A DNA stretch of 32,065 nt from Ilumatobacteraceae bacterium (lineage in GTDB: Bacteria; Actinomycetota; Acidimicrobiia; Acidimicrobiales; Ilumatobacteraceae), in NCBI GenBank assembly GCA_040401775.1, contig JBBANV010000006.1:11211-43275 (forward strand). The letters are read 5' to 3'. Below, one piece after another: positions 17,321 to 25,536 of this stretch (position 1 is its first letter; every line of letters begins with the position of its first letter). The position numbers and the translations under genes were made by a program. Below the pieces are notes generated by a model that was given only the letters and a program-made list of their open reading frames with translations, was not told where the DNA came from and ran no database searches.

Positions 17321-18283
17321 ATGAAACTGGCCTCGGTACTCACACCACTCTCCGACGAGAACCTCACGCTGGCTGCGCAGTGCGGCGTCGACCAAATCGT
17401 GGTTCGCTATCCCGGGCCGGATCTCAGTGAGTTCAATCGAATGCAGCAGCGAATCCGCTCGTTCGGCATGGAGATTGGCGTCGTGGAGGGTTACCTACCG
17501 ATCGATCGCATCAAGCTGGGAACCGATGACGGCACCGATCTGAAGGCGATGAAGGCGCTGATCCGACATCTGTCGGATCTCGACATTCGCTTGGTGTGCT
17601 ACAACTTCATGGCCGGAACCGACTGGATTCGCACCTCCGTCGACACGCTCGAACGAGGTGGCTCGAAGGTGACCGCCTTCCGTCTGGCCGATCTCGACAA
17701 AGCACGAATTCCCGGACGTCCGGCGTTTCGAGCCGAACTCGAACCGGGCGCCAAGCGTCCGGAGTTGTGGAAGAACCTGCAGAACTTCCTGGAAGAAATC
17801 ATCCCAGTTGCCGAGGATGCAGGCGTCGTCATGGCCATGCACCCCGACGATCCACCACTACCGCAACTTCTCGGTAACGACCGAATCATGCACGACGTTG
17901 CCGGCTTCGAGCGCCTCGTGGAAATCGTCAAGTCTCCGTCGAACAAGATTGCGTTCTGTCAGGGTTCGTTCTCCGAGATGGGTATCGACATTCCAGCGAC
18001 GATCCGACGAATCGGTTCGCACATTGCCTACGTTCACTATCGCGACGTGGTCGGTACCGCCGACGACTTCCGCGAAAGCTGGCAGGACAACGGGCAAACC
18101 GACATGGCAGAGGCGATGCGCGCATATCGCGAGGTGGGCTTCTCGGGGCCGATGCGTCCCGACCATGTGCCCCAGATGATCGGTGAGGATGACGGCGAGC
18201 CTGGTTACACGATGCTCGGGCGACTCTTTGCCTTCGGTTACATCCGTGGCATGATGCACGCCACCGAAAAGCACTGCTGCTAA
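17321..18283 (+). CDS. uxuA: UxuA-family (mannonate dehydratase-like) sugar-acid dehydratase, short form
   Basis: 320 aa. Blocks match my recollection of E. coli UxuA: VCYNFMAGTDWIRT, IIPVAEDAGVVMAMHPDDPP, PMRPDHVPQM and PGYTMLGRL. It starts 2 nt after the ADH stop. Confidence 0.8.
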   Translation: MKLASVLTPLSDENLTLAAQCGVDQIVVRYPGPDLSEFNRMQQRIRSFGMEIGVVEGYLPIDRIKLGTDDGTDLKAMKALIRHLSDLDIRLVCYNFMAGTDWIRTSVDTLERGGSKVTAFRLADLDKARIPGRPAFRAELEPGAKRPELWKNLQNFLEEIIPVAEDAGVVMAMHPDDPPLPQLLGNDRIMHDVAGFERLVEIVKSPSNKIAFCQGSFSEMGIDIPATIRRIGSHIAYVHYRDVVGTADDFRESWQDNGQTDMAEAMRAYREVGFSGPMRPDHVPQMIGEDDGEPGYTMLGRLFAFGYIRGMMHATEKHCC

Positions 18284-18284
18284 C

Positions 18285-18701
18285 TCACCGTTGCGGTCGC
18301 CTCACTGCGATCACGTCGATCTCGAACTTGAGTGCGACAGAGAGACAACTGGTAATCGTCGTTCGTGCCGGTAGCGGGGAAGAGAAGTACTCCCGGTACA
18401 GCAAGTTGTACTGCGGCAAATGGGCGGGATCGTGGACGTAACTCGTGACTCGTACGACGTCGCCGAGATCGAGCCCGACCGCAGCGAGGATTCGCTGGAC
18501 GTTCGACATCGACCGCCTCATTTCCTGTTCAAAGTCCCCGCTCACAATCACACCCTGGTCGTCCACCGAGGCCTGACCAGAAACGAAAACGAAACCGTTC
18601 GCTTCAACGGCGGCGGAGAAGGGAAGATGGCTCGAGATTGGTGTTTGAAGTGGTGACCAGCCACGGATGACGTTCGTAGTGGTTGGTGGTGTCTCTGACA
18701 T
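18285..18701 (-). CDS. RidA/YjgF/UK114-family reactive-intermediate (enamine/imine) deaminase
   Basis: I chose the start at ATG 18701 (MSETPPTT...), giving about 138 aa. The ORF-track extension to 18821 adds a non-conserved 40 aa that runs through the promoter dyad. Core motifs: FVFVSGQ, VRVTSYV, PARTTI. Confidence 0.82.
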   Translation of the reverse strand: MSETPPTTTNVIRGWSPLQTPISSHLPFSAAVEANGFVFVSGQASVDDQGVIVSGDFEQEMRRSMSNVQRILAAVGLDLGDVVRVTSYVHDPAHLPQYNLLYREYFSSPLPARTTITSCLSVALKFEIDVIAVRRPQR

Positions 18702-18751
18702 CAGCAGTTTCCATTTCTCTTTGCTCGTAGCTGGTTGTTGGGTATCATCAA

Positions 18752-18763
18752 AGATTATAAACA
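18752..18763. promoter_or_regulatory. Dyad site E: AGATTA|TAAACA (inside the 18-bp near-palindrome CAAAGATTATAAACATTG, 18749-18766)
   Basis: It lies in the divergent gap between RidA (-) and the D-aminoacylase (+). The minus strand reads TATAAT/TAATCT. The plus half TAAACA is the only one of 14 half-sites that fails TANNNT. Confidence 0.5.
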
Positions 18764-18856
18764 TTGCAGCCCGCACCACGGCCAACGACATGTGCAACAG
18801 CGCATCCCTCCGTGCCGCCAAACGTCGGTTGATCTTGCAGCCGGAAGGTCGTTCAC

Positions 18857-20458
18857 ATGATGCATGATGTCGTCATCAACGATGTGACCATCGTGGACGG
18901 AACGGGTGCCGCCCCGACACGTGGTCACGTCGCCGTAAAGGACGGGGTCATCACTGCGATCACGACGGATGCCGTGCCGGCGGCACACGACATGCAGGCA
19001 CGCACCGTCATCAGTGGTGCAGGCAAGGTGCTCTGTCCCGGGTTCATCGACATCCACACCCACTCCGATCTCACGTTGATCGAGGATGGTCGTGGCGAAA
19101 GCAAGTTGCGCCAAGGCGTCACCACCGAGGTGGTCGGAAACTGTTCGTTCTCGGCCTTCCCCATCGAACCCCGTCACCTCGACCTTCATGCGGATCACCT
19201 TGCGCGCGCCACCGCACCGATTCGACCCTGGTGGACCGACCTCGATGGGTATGCCGCTGCCCTCCACGACGAGGGAATCGCCCTCAACGTCGCGCCACTG
19301 GCGGGGCATGGCACGCTGCGCGTTGCTGCAATGGGTGTCGACCAACGACGTGCGACGGCATCGGAACTTGCACGGATGGTCTCGGACCTCCACACGGCGT
19401 TGGAGCAAGGCGCCTTCGGTATGAGCACTGGTCTCACCCATGTTCCAAGTGCCTACGGCGACTTCGACGAGGTGATTGCCCTTGCCGAGGTGCTGGCCGA
19501 ACATCGCGCTCTGTACGCAACACACTGTCGCGCGGCCGAGCCTGATGAACGTGCTGCCGTTGCTGAAACCATCGAACTCGGACGCCGAACCGGTGTCACC
19601 GTCGAATTCAGTCATCTCGCCATCAACCGACCGGATCGTTGGGGCACGGGCGACGAACTCCTCCGGATGTTCGATGATGCCCGCAAGGAAGGTATCGACA
19701 TCTTCTTTGACGTGTATCCGTACGACGCGTCGTCATCGTCACTCACGCAGTACTTGCCGCCTTGGTTGCAGGCTGGCGGCACCGAAGCCATGCGAGCACG
19801 CCTCGTGGATGGCGACCAGCGAGCACGAGCGCTCTCCGACATGACTGAGGGTTGGTTCAACGGGATTCCCTGGCTCTGGGATCGATTCCAAATCTCGAGC
19901 ACACCTGATGGTCGTTATGTTGGTGAAACACTCGAATCCGTATCGCAATCGTTGCGGATTGCCCCAGACGAACTCACACTTCGATTGTGCGAGGAGTACG
20001 GCAACGAAATTCAGGTGGTGCTGTTCTACCGAACCGAGGCCGACGTTTCGGCATTCTTACGACACCCGCTGGCCGTCGTTGGATCCGACGGCAACGCGAT
20101 CTCGCTCAATCAACCATGCGCACGTCCGCACCCCCGCAATTTCGGAACCTTTCCGCGTGTGCTGGGTCGTTATGTTCGCGACCGAGGCGTGCTCGAGCTC
20201 GCTGACGCCGTCCGCAAGATGACCTACGAACCGGCACGACGTCTTGGCATCCACGACCGCGGTCGAATCGCCACCGGACTAGCCGGCGACCTCGTGCTCC
20301 TCGATCCACAACAGGTCATCGATCGTGCCGACTTCGGTAAGGCTCCCGAGGGGCCGGTAGGTATATCTCACGTACTCGTCAATGGTCGCGTCGTGCTCAA
20401 CGATGGCATCATTTCCGATGAGCGCCCTGGTCGCGTATTACAACACGCTTCGCGCTAG
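18857..20458 (+). CDS. N-acyl-D-amino-acid deacylase (D-aminoacylase) family amidohydrolase
   Basis: 533 aa. The N-terminus DVVINDVTIVDGTGAAPTRGHVAVKDGVITAI and the metal motif GFIDIHTHSD are typical of the D-aminoacylase family. GGAAGG lies upstream of the ATG. Confidence 0.85.
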   Translation: MMHDVVINDVTIVDGTGAAPTRGHVAVKDGVITAITTDAVPAAHDMQARTVISGAGKVLCPGFIDIHTHSDLTLIEDGRGESKLRQGVTTEVVGNCSFSAFPIEPRHLDLHADHLARATAPIRPWWTDLDGYAAALHDEGIALNVAPLAGHGTLRVAAMGVDQRRATASELARMVSDLHTALEQGAFGMSTGLTHVPSAYGDFDEVIALAEVLAEHRALYATHCRAAEPDERAAVAETIELGRRTGVTVEFSHLAINRPDRWGTGDELLRMFDDARKEGIDIFFDVYPYDASSSSLTQYLPPWLQAGGTEAMRARLVDGDQRARALSDMTEGWFNGIPWLWDRFQISSTPDGRYVGETLESVSQSLRIAPDELTLRLCEEYGNEIQVVLFYRTEADVSAFLRHPLAVVGSDGNAISLNQPCARPHPRNFGTFPRVLGRYVRDRGVLELADAVRKMTYEPARRLGIHDRGRIATGLAGDLVLLDPQQVIDRADFGKAPEGPVGISHVLVNGRVVLNDGIISDERPGRVLQHASR

Positions 20459-21651
20459 CGCGTGCCCGTCAGGCGCACCTCGACACCAGGACGATTCACG
20501 ATGTCGGCCTGAAGTGCCGCACCGATTCCTGCTCGTGTCGGCACATGGTATTCACCGTGATGCAACGGTTGGAGTTCGTCGACGAACTCTGCATACACGG
20601 AATGAAGGTATGCGCGAACGACTTCCTGGTACAACACGTTCGGCGAACTGAAGGAAAGATGAATTCCAGCGAGCAACGTGAACGGTCCGGTGCAATCGTG
20701 GAACGTCACCGGCAGTCGTTTGGCGTCGGCAAGGCTCACGATGCGACGTGACTCGGTGATGCCACCACACCATGTGGGATCGATCATGATGATGTCTGCT
20801 GCCTGCTGATCGATGATCGGTGCGTATTCGAAACGGGTAATGAGGTACTCACTGGCGAGCAGCGGAATGGTGGTGCTTTGCTTCAACTCGAGCAGCGCAG
20901 CGGGATCATCGGCCAGGATGAGGTCTTCTATCCACGCGGGGCGGACGGCCTCCAAGGCGTTGGCAATCGTCTTGGCGGCTTCCACCGACCACAATCCGTG
21001 ACCCTCGGCCATGATCTCGATGCTCGAGCCGACGGCGGAGCGAATCTTCTCGAAAACCTCCACGCCAGCACGAAGTTCGGCAGGATCGATGGAAGTCGCA
21101 CCCGGTACTCGGGCCATCCGATCGAACGGCCAAATCTTCATACCGGCAAACCCTTGCTCCACCAGTTCAGCGGCGAGTTCGCCTGGCCTATGCAGGAATG
21201 CCTCGTAGTCCTCGTACATTCCACGTGCCACCGGCGACGAGCCAATCCGCCAACTCTTTCCGTAACTTGGGCCAGCGCAGGTGTTGTAGGTGGCAACTCG
21301 CTCCTTCGTTGGTCCGCCCAACATCACATGCAACGGCACGTTCGCTGCGAGTGCACATGCATCCCAAACGGCGACATCAATGGCCGAGAGTGCACGCATC
21401 TCGAGCCCGCGGCCACCAAAGCGAGCCGCTGACCGATAGCCGTGCTCCCAGAGGGCTTCCGGTGAACACCCTCCATGAGCAAGGAGTCGCGGTGCCAAGA
21501 ACTCATGGACGTACTCACTCACTGCACGAGGCGTGTAATAGGTCTCGCCGTGACCGACCACTCCCGAATCCGTGTACACGCGGACGAAGACGATCTCGGG
21601 CAACGGTGACTGGTCACCCGGAAGAATCGTTTCGATGCCGACGATGTTCAC
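20455..21651 (-). CDS. Enolase-superfamily (mandelate racemase/muconate lactonizing enzyme family) acid-sugar dehydratase-like protein
   Basis: 398 aa with a GTG start at 21651. The capping-domain N-terminus reads IVGIETILPG...VFVRVYTDSGVVGHGETY. Barrel motifs: KIWPFD, MAEGHG, IEDL. Confidence 0.82.
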   Translation of the reverse strand: MNIVGIETILPGDQSPLPEIVFVRVYTDSGVVGHGETYYTPRAVSEYVHEFLAPRLLAHGGCSPEALWEHGYRSAARFGGRGLEMRALSAIDVAVWDACALAANVPLHVMLGGPTKERVATYNTCAGPSYGKSWRIGSSPVARGMYEDYEAFLHRPGELAAELVEQGFAGMKIWPFDRMARVPGATSIDPAELRAGVEVFEKIRSAVGSSIEIMAEGHGLWSVEAAKTIANALEAVRPAWIEDLILADDPAALLELKQSTTIPLLASEYLITRFEYAPIIDQQAADIIMIDPTWCGGITESRRIVSLADAKRLPVTFHDCTGPFTLLAGIHLSFSSPNVLYQEVVRAYLHSVYAEFVDELQPLHHGEYHVPTRAGIGAALQADIVNRPGVEVRLTGTR

Positions 21652-21693
21652 GTGAGGGTCCGAAGGTTCAACGAGGGCAACGAAGATCCCGAA

Positions 21694-22695
21694 CTACTTG
21701 ACCACATAATGATCGGCGCCCTCGGTACCGGCGGCGCCAGCAAGGATGGAGTCGATCTCCCGAAGATCTGTTGGAGAGAGTGACCAGTCGACACCGGCGA
21801 CATTGTCATCAACTTCGGCCGGAGTAATCATGCCGGCAAGACACGTGCTCACGAAATCGTGCATCGCAACCCAGGCGATTGCCAACTGCGGAAGCGTTCG
21901 CGATCGAGATTCCGCAAACTGCTTCAGACGTTGTGCCATGGCAATGTTCTTGGTCAGATTCTCACCGAGGAAGAGCGGCAATCCGAAGACATCTCCTTTT
22001 GAACGCCAGTCACCGCTGGCGAAGGATGTCTCTGAGTTCCATGTTCCGGAAAACAGACCGTGGCACAGCGAACCATAGGTCATGAATCCGATGTCGTTGG
22101 CCGACACGTAGGGGACCATCGTTGCTTCCGTTCGGCGGTCGAGCATGTTGTATCCAGACTGTTGCACTTGAATGCTGCCGTGTTTGCGATACTCGTCGAG
22201 TTGTTCGGTGGTGAAGTTGGAAACTCCCACCGCACGGACCTTTCCGGAGTCCACGAGTTCGCGAAATGCCGTCATTGATCCGGCTGGCGAGCCGTCTGGA
22301 TCGGGCACATGAATGAGGAGAACGTCGATGAAATCGGTACGTAGACGTTGCAGACTTTGTTCTGCTGATGCAAGGATCGCCTCGCGATTCGATGTCGTCA
22401 CCCACTGTTCCTTCGAATAGTCCCAATGCACTGCACATTTGGTAACGACGACTGCATCCTCACGTCGCGAGCCGAGTGCCGTCCCGAGGATCGATTCGGC
22501 GCGACCGTTGCCGTAGGCAGGGGCCGTGTCGAACAATGTGACTCCCAAATCGAGTGCTCGATGAATCGCAGCAATGGCAGCGTCATCGTCGACCTTGCCG
22601 TAGTCACCTGCATGTTGCGTACCGCCGATCGGCCACATCCCAAAACCCAGAAGTGACACTTCGATTCCCGTGCTTCCGAGCTGTCGATACTTCAT
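21694..22695 (-). CDS. Aldo-keto reductase
   Basis: I chose the start at ATG 22695 (MKYRQLGSTGIEVSLLGFGMW), which is preceded by AAAAGGGG. The family core reads DTAPAYGNG ... the conserved Lys in VVTKCAVHWD. The 7-aa longer ORF-track start is less likely. Confidence 0.86.
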   Translation of the reverse strand: MKYRQLGSTGIEVSLLGFGMWPIGGTQHAGDYGKVDDDAAIAAIHRALDLGVTLFDTAPAYGNGRAESILGTALGSRREDAVVVTKCAVHWDYSKEQWVTTSNREAILASAEQSLQRLRTDFIDVLLIHVPDPDGSPAGSMTAFRELVDSGKVRAVGVSNFTTEQLDEYRKHGSIQVQQSGYNMLDRRTEATMVPYVSANDIGFMTYGSLCHGLFSGTWNSETSFASGDWRSKGDVFGLPLFLGENLTKNIAMAQRLKQFAESRSRTLPQLAIAWVAMHDFVSTCLAGMITPAEVDDNVAGVDWSLSPTDLREIDSILAGAAGTEGADHYVVK

Positions 22696-22720
22696 AAAGC
22701 CCCTTTTTGACGTCATGGCA

Positions 22721-22732
22721 ACTCTATAACAT
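22721..22732. promoter_or_regulatory. Dyad site F: ACTCTA|TAACAT
   Basis: It lies in the divergent gap between the AKR-enolase operon (-) and MlrC paralog 2 (+). The minus half TAGAGT predicts a roughly 19-nt leader with an SD for the AKR. The plus half TAACAT ends 7 nt before in-frame TTG 22740. It shares the 10-mer AACTCTATAA with the reverse complement of site A. Confidence 0.55.
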
Positions 22733-22739
22733 TCATTTT

Positions 22740-24272
22740 TTGCGAAGTCACCCTAGAGTTGCCTGCATTAACGCGTCATCTCGACATCTTCGTGTTGCCC
22801 TCACGGGTTTTCATCACGAGTCCAACACGTTCGCACCTGTACCTGCATCGCTCGAGCGATTCATGGCGGCCGGTCCGGTGGAAGAGGACGCCCTCATTCA
22901 CATGTACGGCGAATCTCAGGCCACCCTCGGTGGTTTTCTCGAGATTCGCTCACTCCCCGACCTGACGGTACGACCCCTCTTTCATGCAGATCTCAATCCC
23001 ATGGGCACGATCACCCGGGAGGCATTCGAAGCTCTCGTTGGGCGGATGCTCGAACGACTTGCGAGTGAGGGACCATGGGACGTCGTTCTGCTCGCGCTCC
23101 ACGGTGCAGCAGTTGCTGAGCACCAGCCTGATGCCGACGGGGAAATCATTGCGCGAGTTCGTCAACTCGTCGGCAAGGACGTGGTGATCGGCGTTGCACT
23201 CGACATGCACGCAAATGTGTCCGAGCGTATGGTGCACAACAGCACGGTGATCAATGCCTACCTCACCAACCCCCACGTCGACCCACGGGCCCGTGCACGT
23301 CAAGTCGCCGACCTCGCCCTCGCTGCGGCACGAAAGGAAGTTCAGCCGACGACGGCCTTCGTTCCGATTCCGGCAGCCATCAACATCCTCCGACAAGGCA
23401 CATCCGACTGGCCGATGTCGCATCTCGTGAGTGTCGCCAACGAAATACAGCAGCGCCAGGGAGTCTTGTCGGTGAGCGTTGTCGAAGGATTCCCGTACGC
23501 GGACGTCAATGAACTCGGAATGTCGTTCATCGTCATCACCGACAACAATCGCCCCCTGGCCGACCAATTGGCGAAGTCGCTTGCCAACGAAGCCTGGAGG
23601 ATGCGCAACGACTTCGTCGGCGACGGAGTCGATCTTGAAACGGCGCTGAATCGAGCGGCTGCCGCGCAACGTGGACCCATCGTCCTCCTCGACGTTGGCG
23701 ACAATGTGGGGGGTGGAAGTCCCGCCGACTCCACTCACGTGCTTGCGGCAGCTCAACGCTTGGGAATCGGAGGTCTGTTTCACTCACTATGCGACCCTGA
23801 AAGTGCCCAGGCATGTCACGCTGCCGGCGCCGGCGCCCGGGTCGACCTTCATGTCGGCGCCAAGACGGATGCGCTCCACGGTTCACCCGTGCACATCACC
23901 GGCGTCGTCAAACACGTCGATGATGGGCGATTCGAGGACACCGGAGTAACGCACGGAGGATTTCGCTTCTTCAACGCAGGTCCACGCGCACTCGTGCACA
24001 CCGACGACGACCACTACGTCCTCCTCAACTCGCGTCCGATGGGCAACACCAGCCGCGCCGAGTTGACGAGCGCTGGTCTCGTTCCAACCGACGTCAAGAT
24101 CATCGTTGCAAAGGGTGTGCACTCGCCGCGTGGCGCGTTCGAGCCGATCGCTGCCGAACTGATTCAACTCAATACACCGGGTTGCACCAGTGCCGACCTG
24201 TCGACGTTGCACTACGACCTTCGACGACGACCGATGTTTCCGTTCGAGCCCGACGCCACTTTCTCGGCGTAG
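22740..24272 (+). CDS. MlrC-like M81-family metallopeptidase, paralog 2 (start codon uncertain)
   Basis: The conserved N-terminus LRVALTGFHHESNTFAPVP aligns with MRVALIHVMQETDTFNPVP of paralog 1, but the equivalent codon is CTT. In-frame candidate starts are TTG 22740, TTG 22707 and ATT 22767. None has an SD. Confidence 0.75.
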   Translation: MRSHPRVACINASSRHLRVALTGFHHESNTFAPVPASLERFMAAGPVEEDALIHMYGESQATLGGFLEIRSLPDLTVRPLFHADLNPMGTITREAFEALVGRMLERLASEGPWDVVLLALHGAAVAEHQPDADGEIIARVRQLVGKDVVIGVALDMHANVSERMVHNSTVINAYLTNPHVDPRARARQVADLALAAARKEVQPTTAFVPIPAAINILRQGTSDWPMSHLVSVANEIQQRQGVLSVSVVEGFPYADVNELGMSFIVITDNNRPLADQLAKSLANEAWRMRNDFVGDGVDLETALNRAAAAQRGPIVLLDVGDNVGGGSPADSTHVLAAAQRLGIGGLFHSLCDPESAQACHAAGAGARVDLHVGAKTDALHGSPVHITGVVKHVDDGRFEDTGVTHGGFRFFNAGPRALVHTDDDHYVLLNSRPMGNTSRAELTSAGLVPTDVKIIVAKGVHSPRGAFEPIAAELIQLNTPGCTSADLSTLHYDLRRRPMFPFEPDATFSA

Positions 24273-24273
24273 T

Positions 24274-24285
24274 TCGTACCGACGA
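24274..24285. other. Palindrome TCGT-ACCG-ACGA in the convergent gap (14-mer TTCGTACCGACGAG)
   Basis: It sits between the MlrC-2 stop (24272) and the PLP-enzyme stop (24295). 12 of 14 positions are identical to CTCGTGCCAACGAG at 26522-26535. It may be a short RNA hairpin or a protein site. Confidence 0.3.
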
Positions 24286-24294
24286 GAAGACCGA

Positions 24295-25536
24295 CTAGAA
24301 GAAGGTTCGAGCCACCTCGACTACGCGGTACTCGTCGTCGACGATGGGAAGTGCCCGCCATTTGTCGAACGTGGTGCAGGGATGCGAGATTCCAAGTCCC
24401 ACGAGGTCACCGACTGCAACGTCGTCCGCAGCATCGACATCCAGGTAGGTGTGCTGATCATCGACTCGTACCGCACGTCCAATTGCCGACCACGCTTCCA
24501 CTCCCGAGCCTCCCCGCCGTCGACGCTTCTTGGCAATGGGGAGCAACCCGTCGGTAGAAACGTCACGTTTACCCACACCCACGACCACTCGCGTGGGTTC
24601 CGGACGCGACAACACCACGCCCCATACCTCAAGAGCAGCCTGAAAGACTTCGCCGAGTTCTCGCGGTGCCGCACCGAGTGGAGAAAGCTCGTGAATCACG
24701 CCGTCGTCATGGCTGATGTAGCACCCACTGCGTACCACGACTCGTTCGGGCATCGTCGTGTTGGCCCGGTACAGCTTTGCGACGACTCGCTCAAAAAAGA
24801 CGCTGCCACCTGCGCTGAGGATGACTTCGTTGCCGTCGGTGACGAGTCGTTGCAGGATCAGTTCGTCCACCAGCCGACGCAATTCGGACAGGAAGTCATC
24901 GACGCGTTCCTCGGCGGATTGCGACTCGGTTGCCGAGATGATTCCTTCGAAGCCCGAAGCCCCAACCAGGCGAAGTGTCGAGCAGGATGCCACCTTCCGC
25001 GCAACCACAAGTGCTTCAGCAACGCTGCGACATCCCGTGCGTCCGTGTGACACACCAAGTTCTACGAGCACGGGAACCTGCACACCCACCGGCAGTGTGT
25101 CGAGACCTTCGTGGAGAAGGTTCACCGCATCCAAGGAATCGACACAGCAGTACACCTCGTGACCTCGTCGAGTGGCCATTGCCAACCACGCGATGTCCCC
25201 TGGTGCAACCACCTCGTTGGCAATGAACACTCGGGGTACTCCGTGATCGACCATCGTCTTTGCTTGAAACGTGGTTGCTGCAGTGATCGCCCATGCCCCA
25301 TCCGCCAGCTGCAGACGAAAAAGCTCGGGGGACATCGTCGTCTTGCCATGAGGTGCGAAGGAAACACTTCGACGGCGACAATAGGCCGCGAAACTGGCAC
25401 TGTTGTTCGCCAGAGCCGAACGCAGGAGCACTGCCGATGGCATGAGTACATCGGCATCGAAAATCGACCAACCGACGGAACGCCTCCGCCGCACGGGAAA
25501 ACCCTTGCGCTCAACTTTTCGGTTCAGCACGTCCAT
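24295..25536 (-). CDS. Fold-type-III PLP enzyme, alanine-racemase-N plus D-serine-dehydratase-like domains (DSD1 / D-threonine aldolase / 'amino acid deaminase' family)
   Basis: I chose ATG at 25536 (MDVLNRK...), which overlaps the upstream stop as ATGA (25535-25538). The 89-aa ORF-track extension lies inside the upstream gene. The PLP-lysine motif is FAPHGKTT and the C-terminal motif is GISHPCTTFDKW. Confidence 0.72.
   Translation of the reverse strand: MDVLNRKVERKGFPVRRRRSVGWSIFDADVLMPSAVLLRSALANNSASFAAYCRRRSVSFAPHGKTTMSPELFRLQLADGAWAITAATTFQAKTMVDHGVPRVFIANEVVAPGDIAWLAMATRRGHEVYCCVDSLDAVNLLHEGLDTLPVGVQVPVLVELGVSHGRTGCRSVAEALVVARKVASCSTLRLVGASGFEGIISATESQSAEERVDDFLSELRRLVDELILQRLVTDGNEVILSAGGSVFFERVVAKLYRANTTMPERVVVRSGCYISHDDGVIHELSPLGAAPRELGEVFQAALEVWGVVLSRPEPTRVVVGVGKRDVSTDGLLPIAKKRRRRGGSGVEAWSAIGRAVRVDDQHTYLDVDAADDVAVGDLVGLGISHPCTTFDKWRALPIVDDEYRVVEVARTFF

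Noticed and set aside
18764-18843. The direct repeat TTGCAGCC (18764-18771 and 18834-18841) and the shared 8-mer GCCAACGA (18781-18788 and 26527-26534) in promoter regions.
   Set aside because: 8-mers recur by chance at about this frequency in a 32-kb window when both strands are counted. There is no supporting symmetry or third copy.
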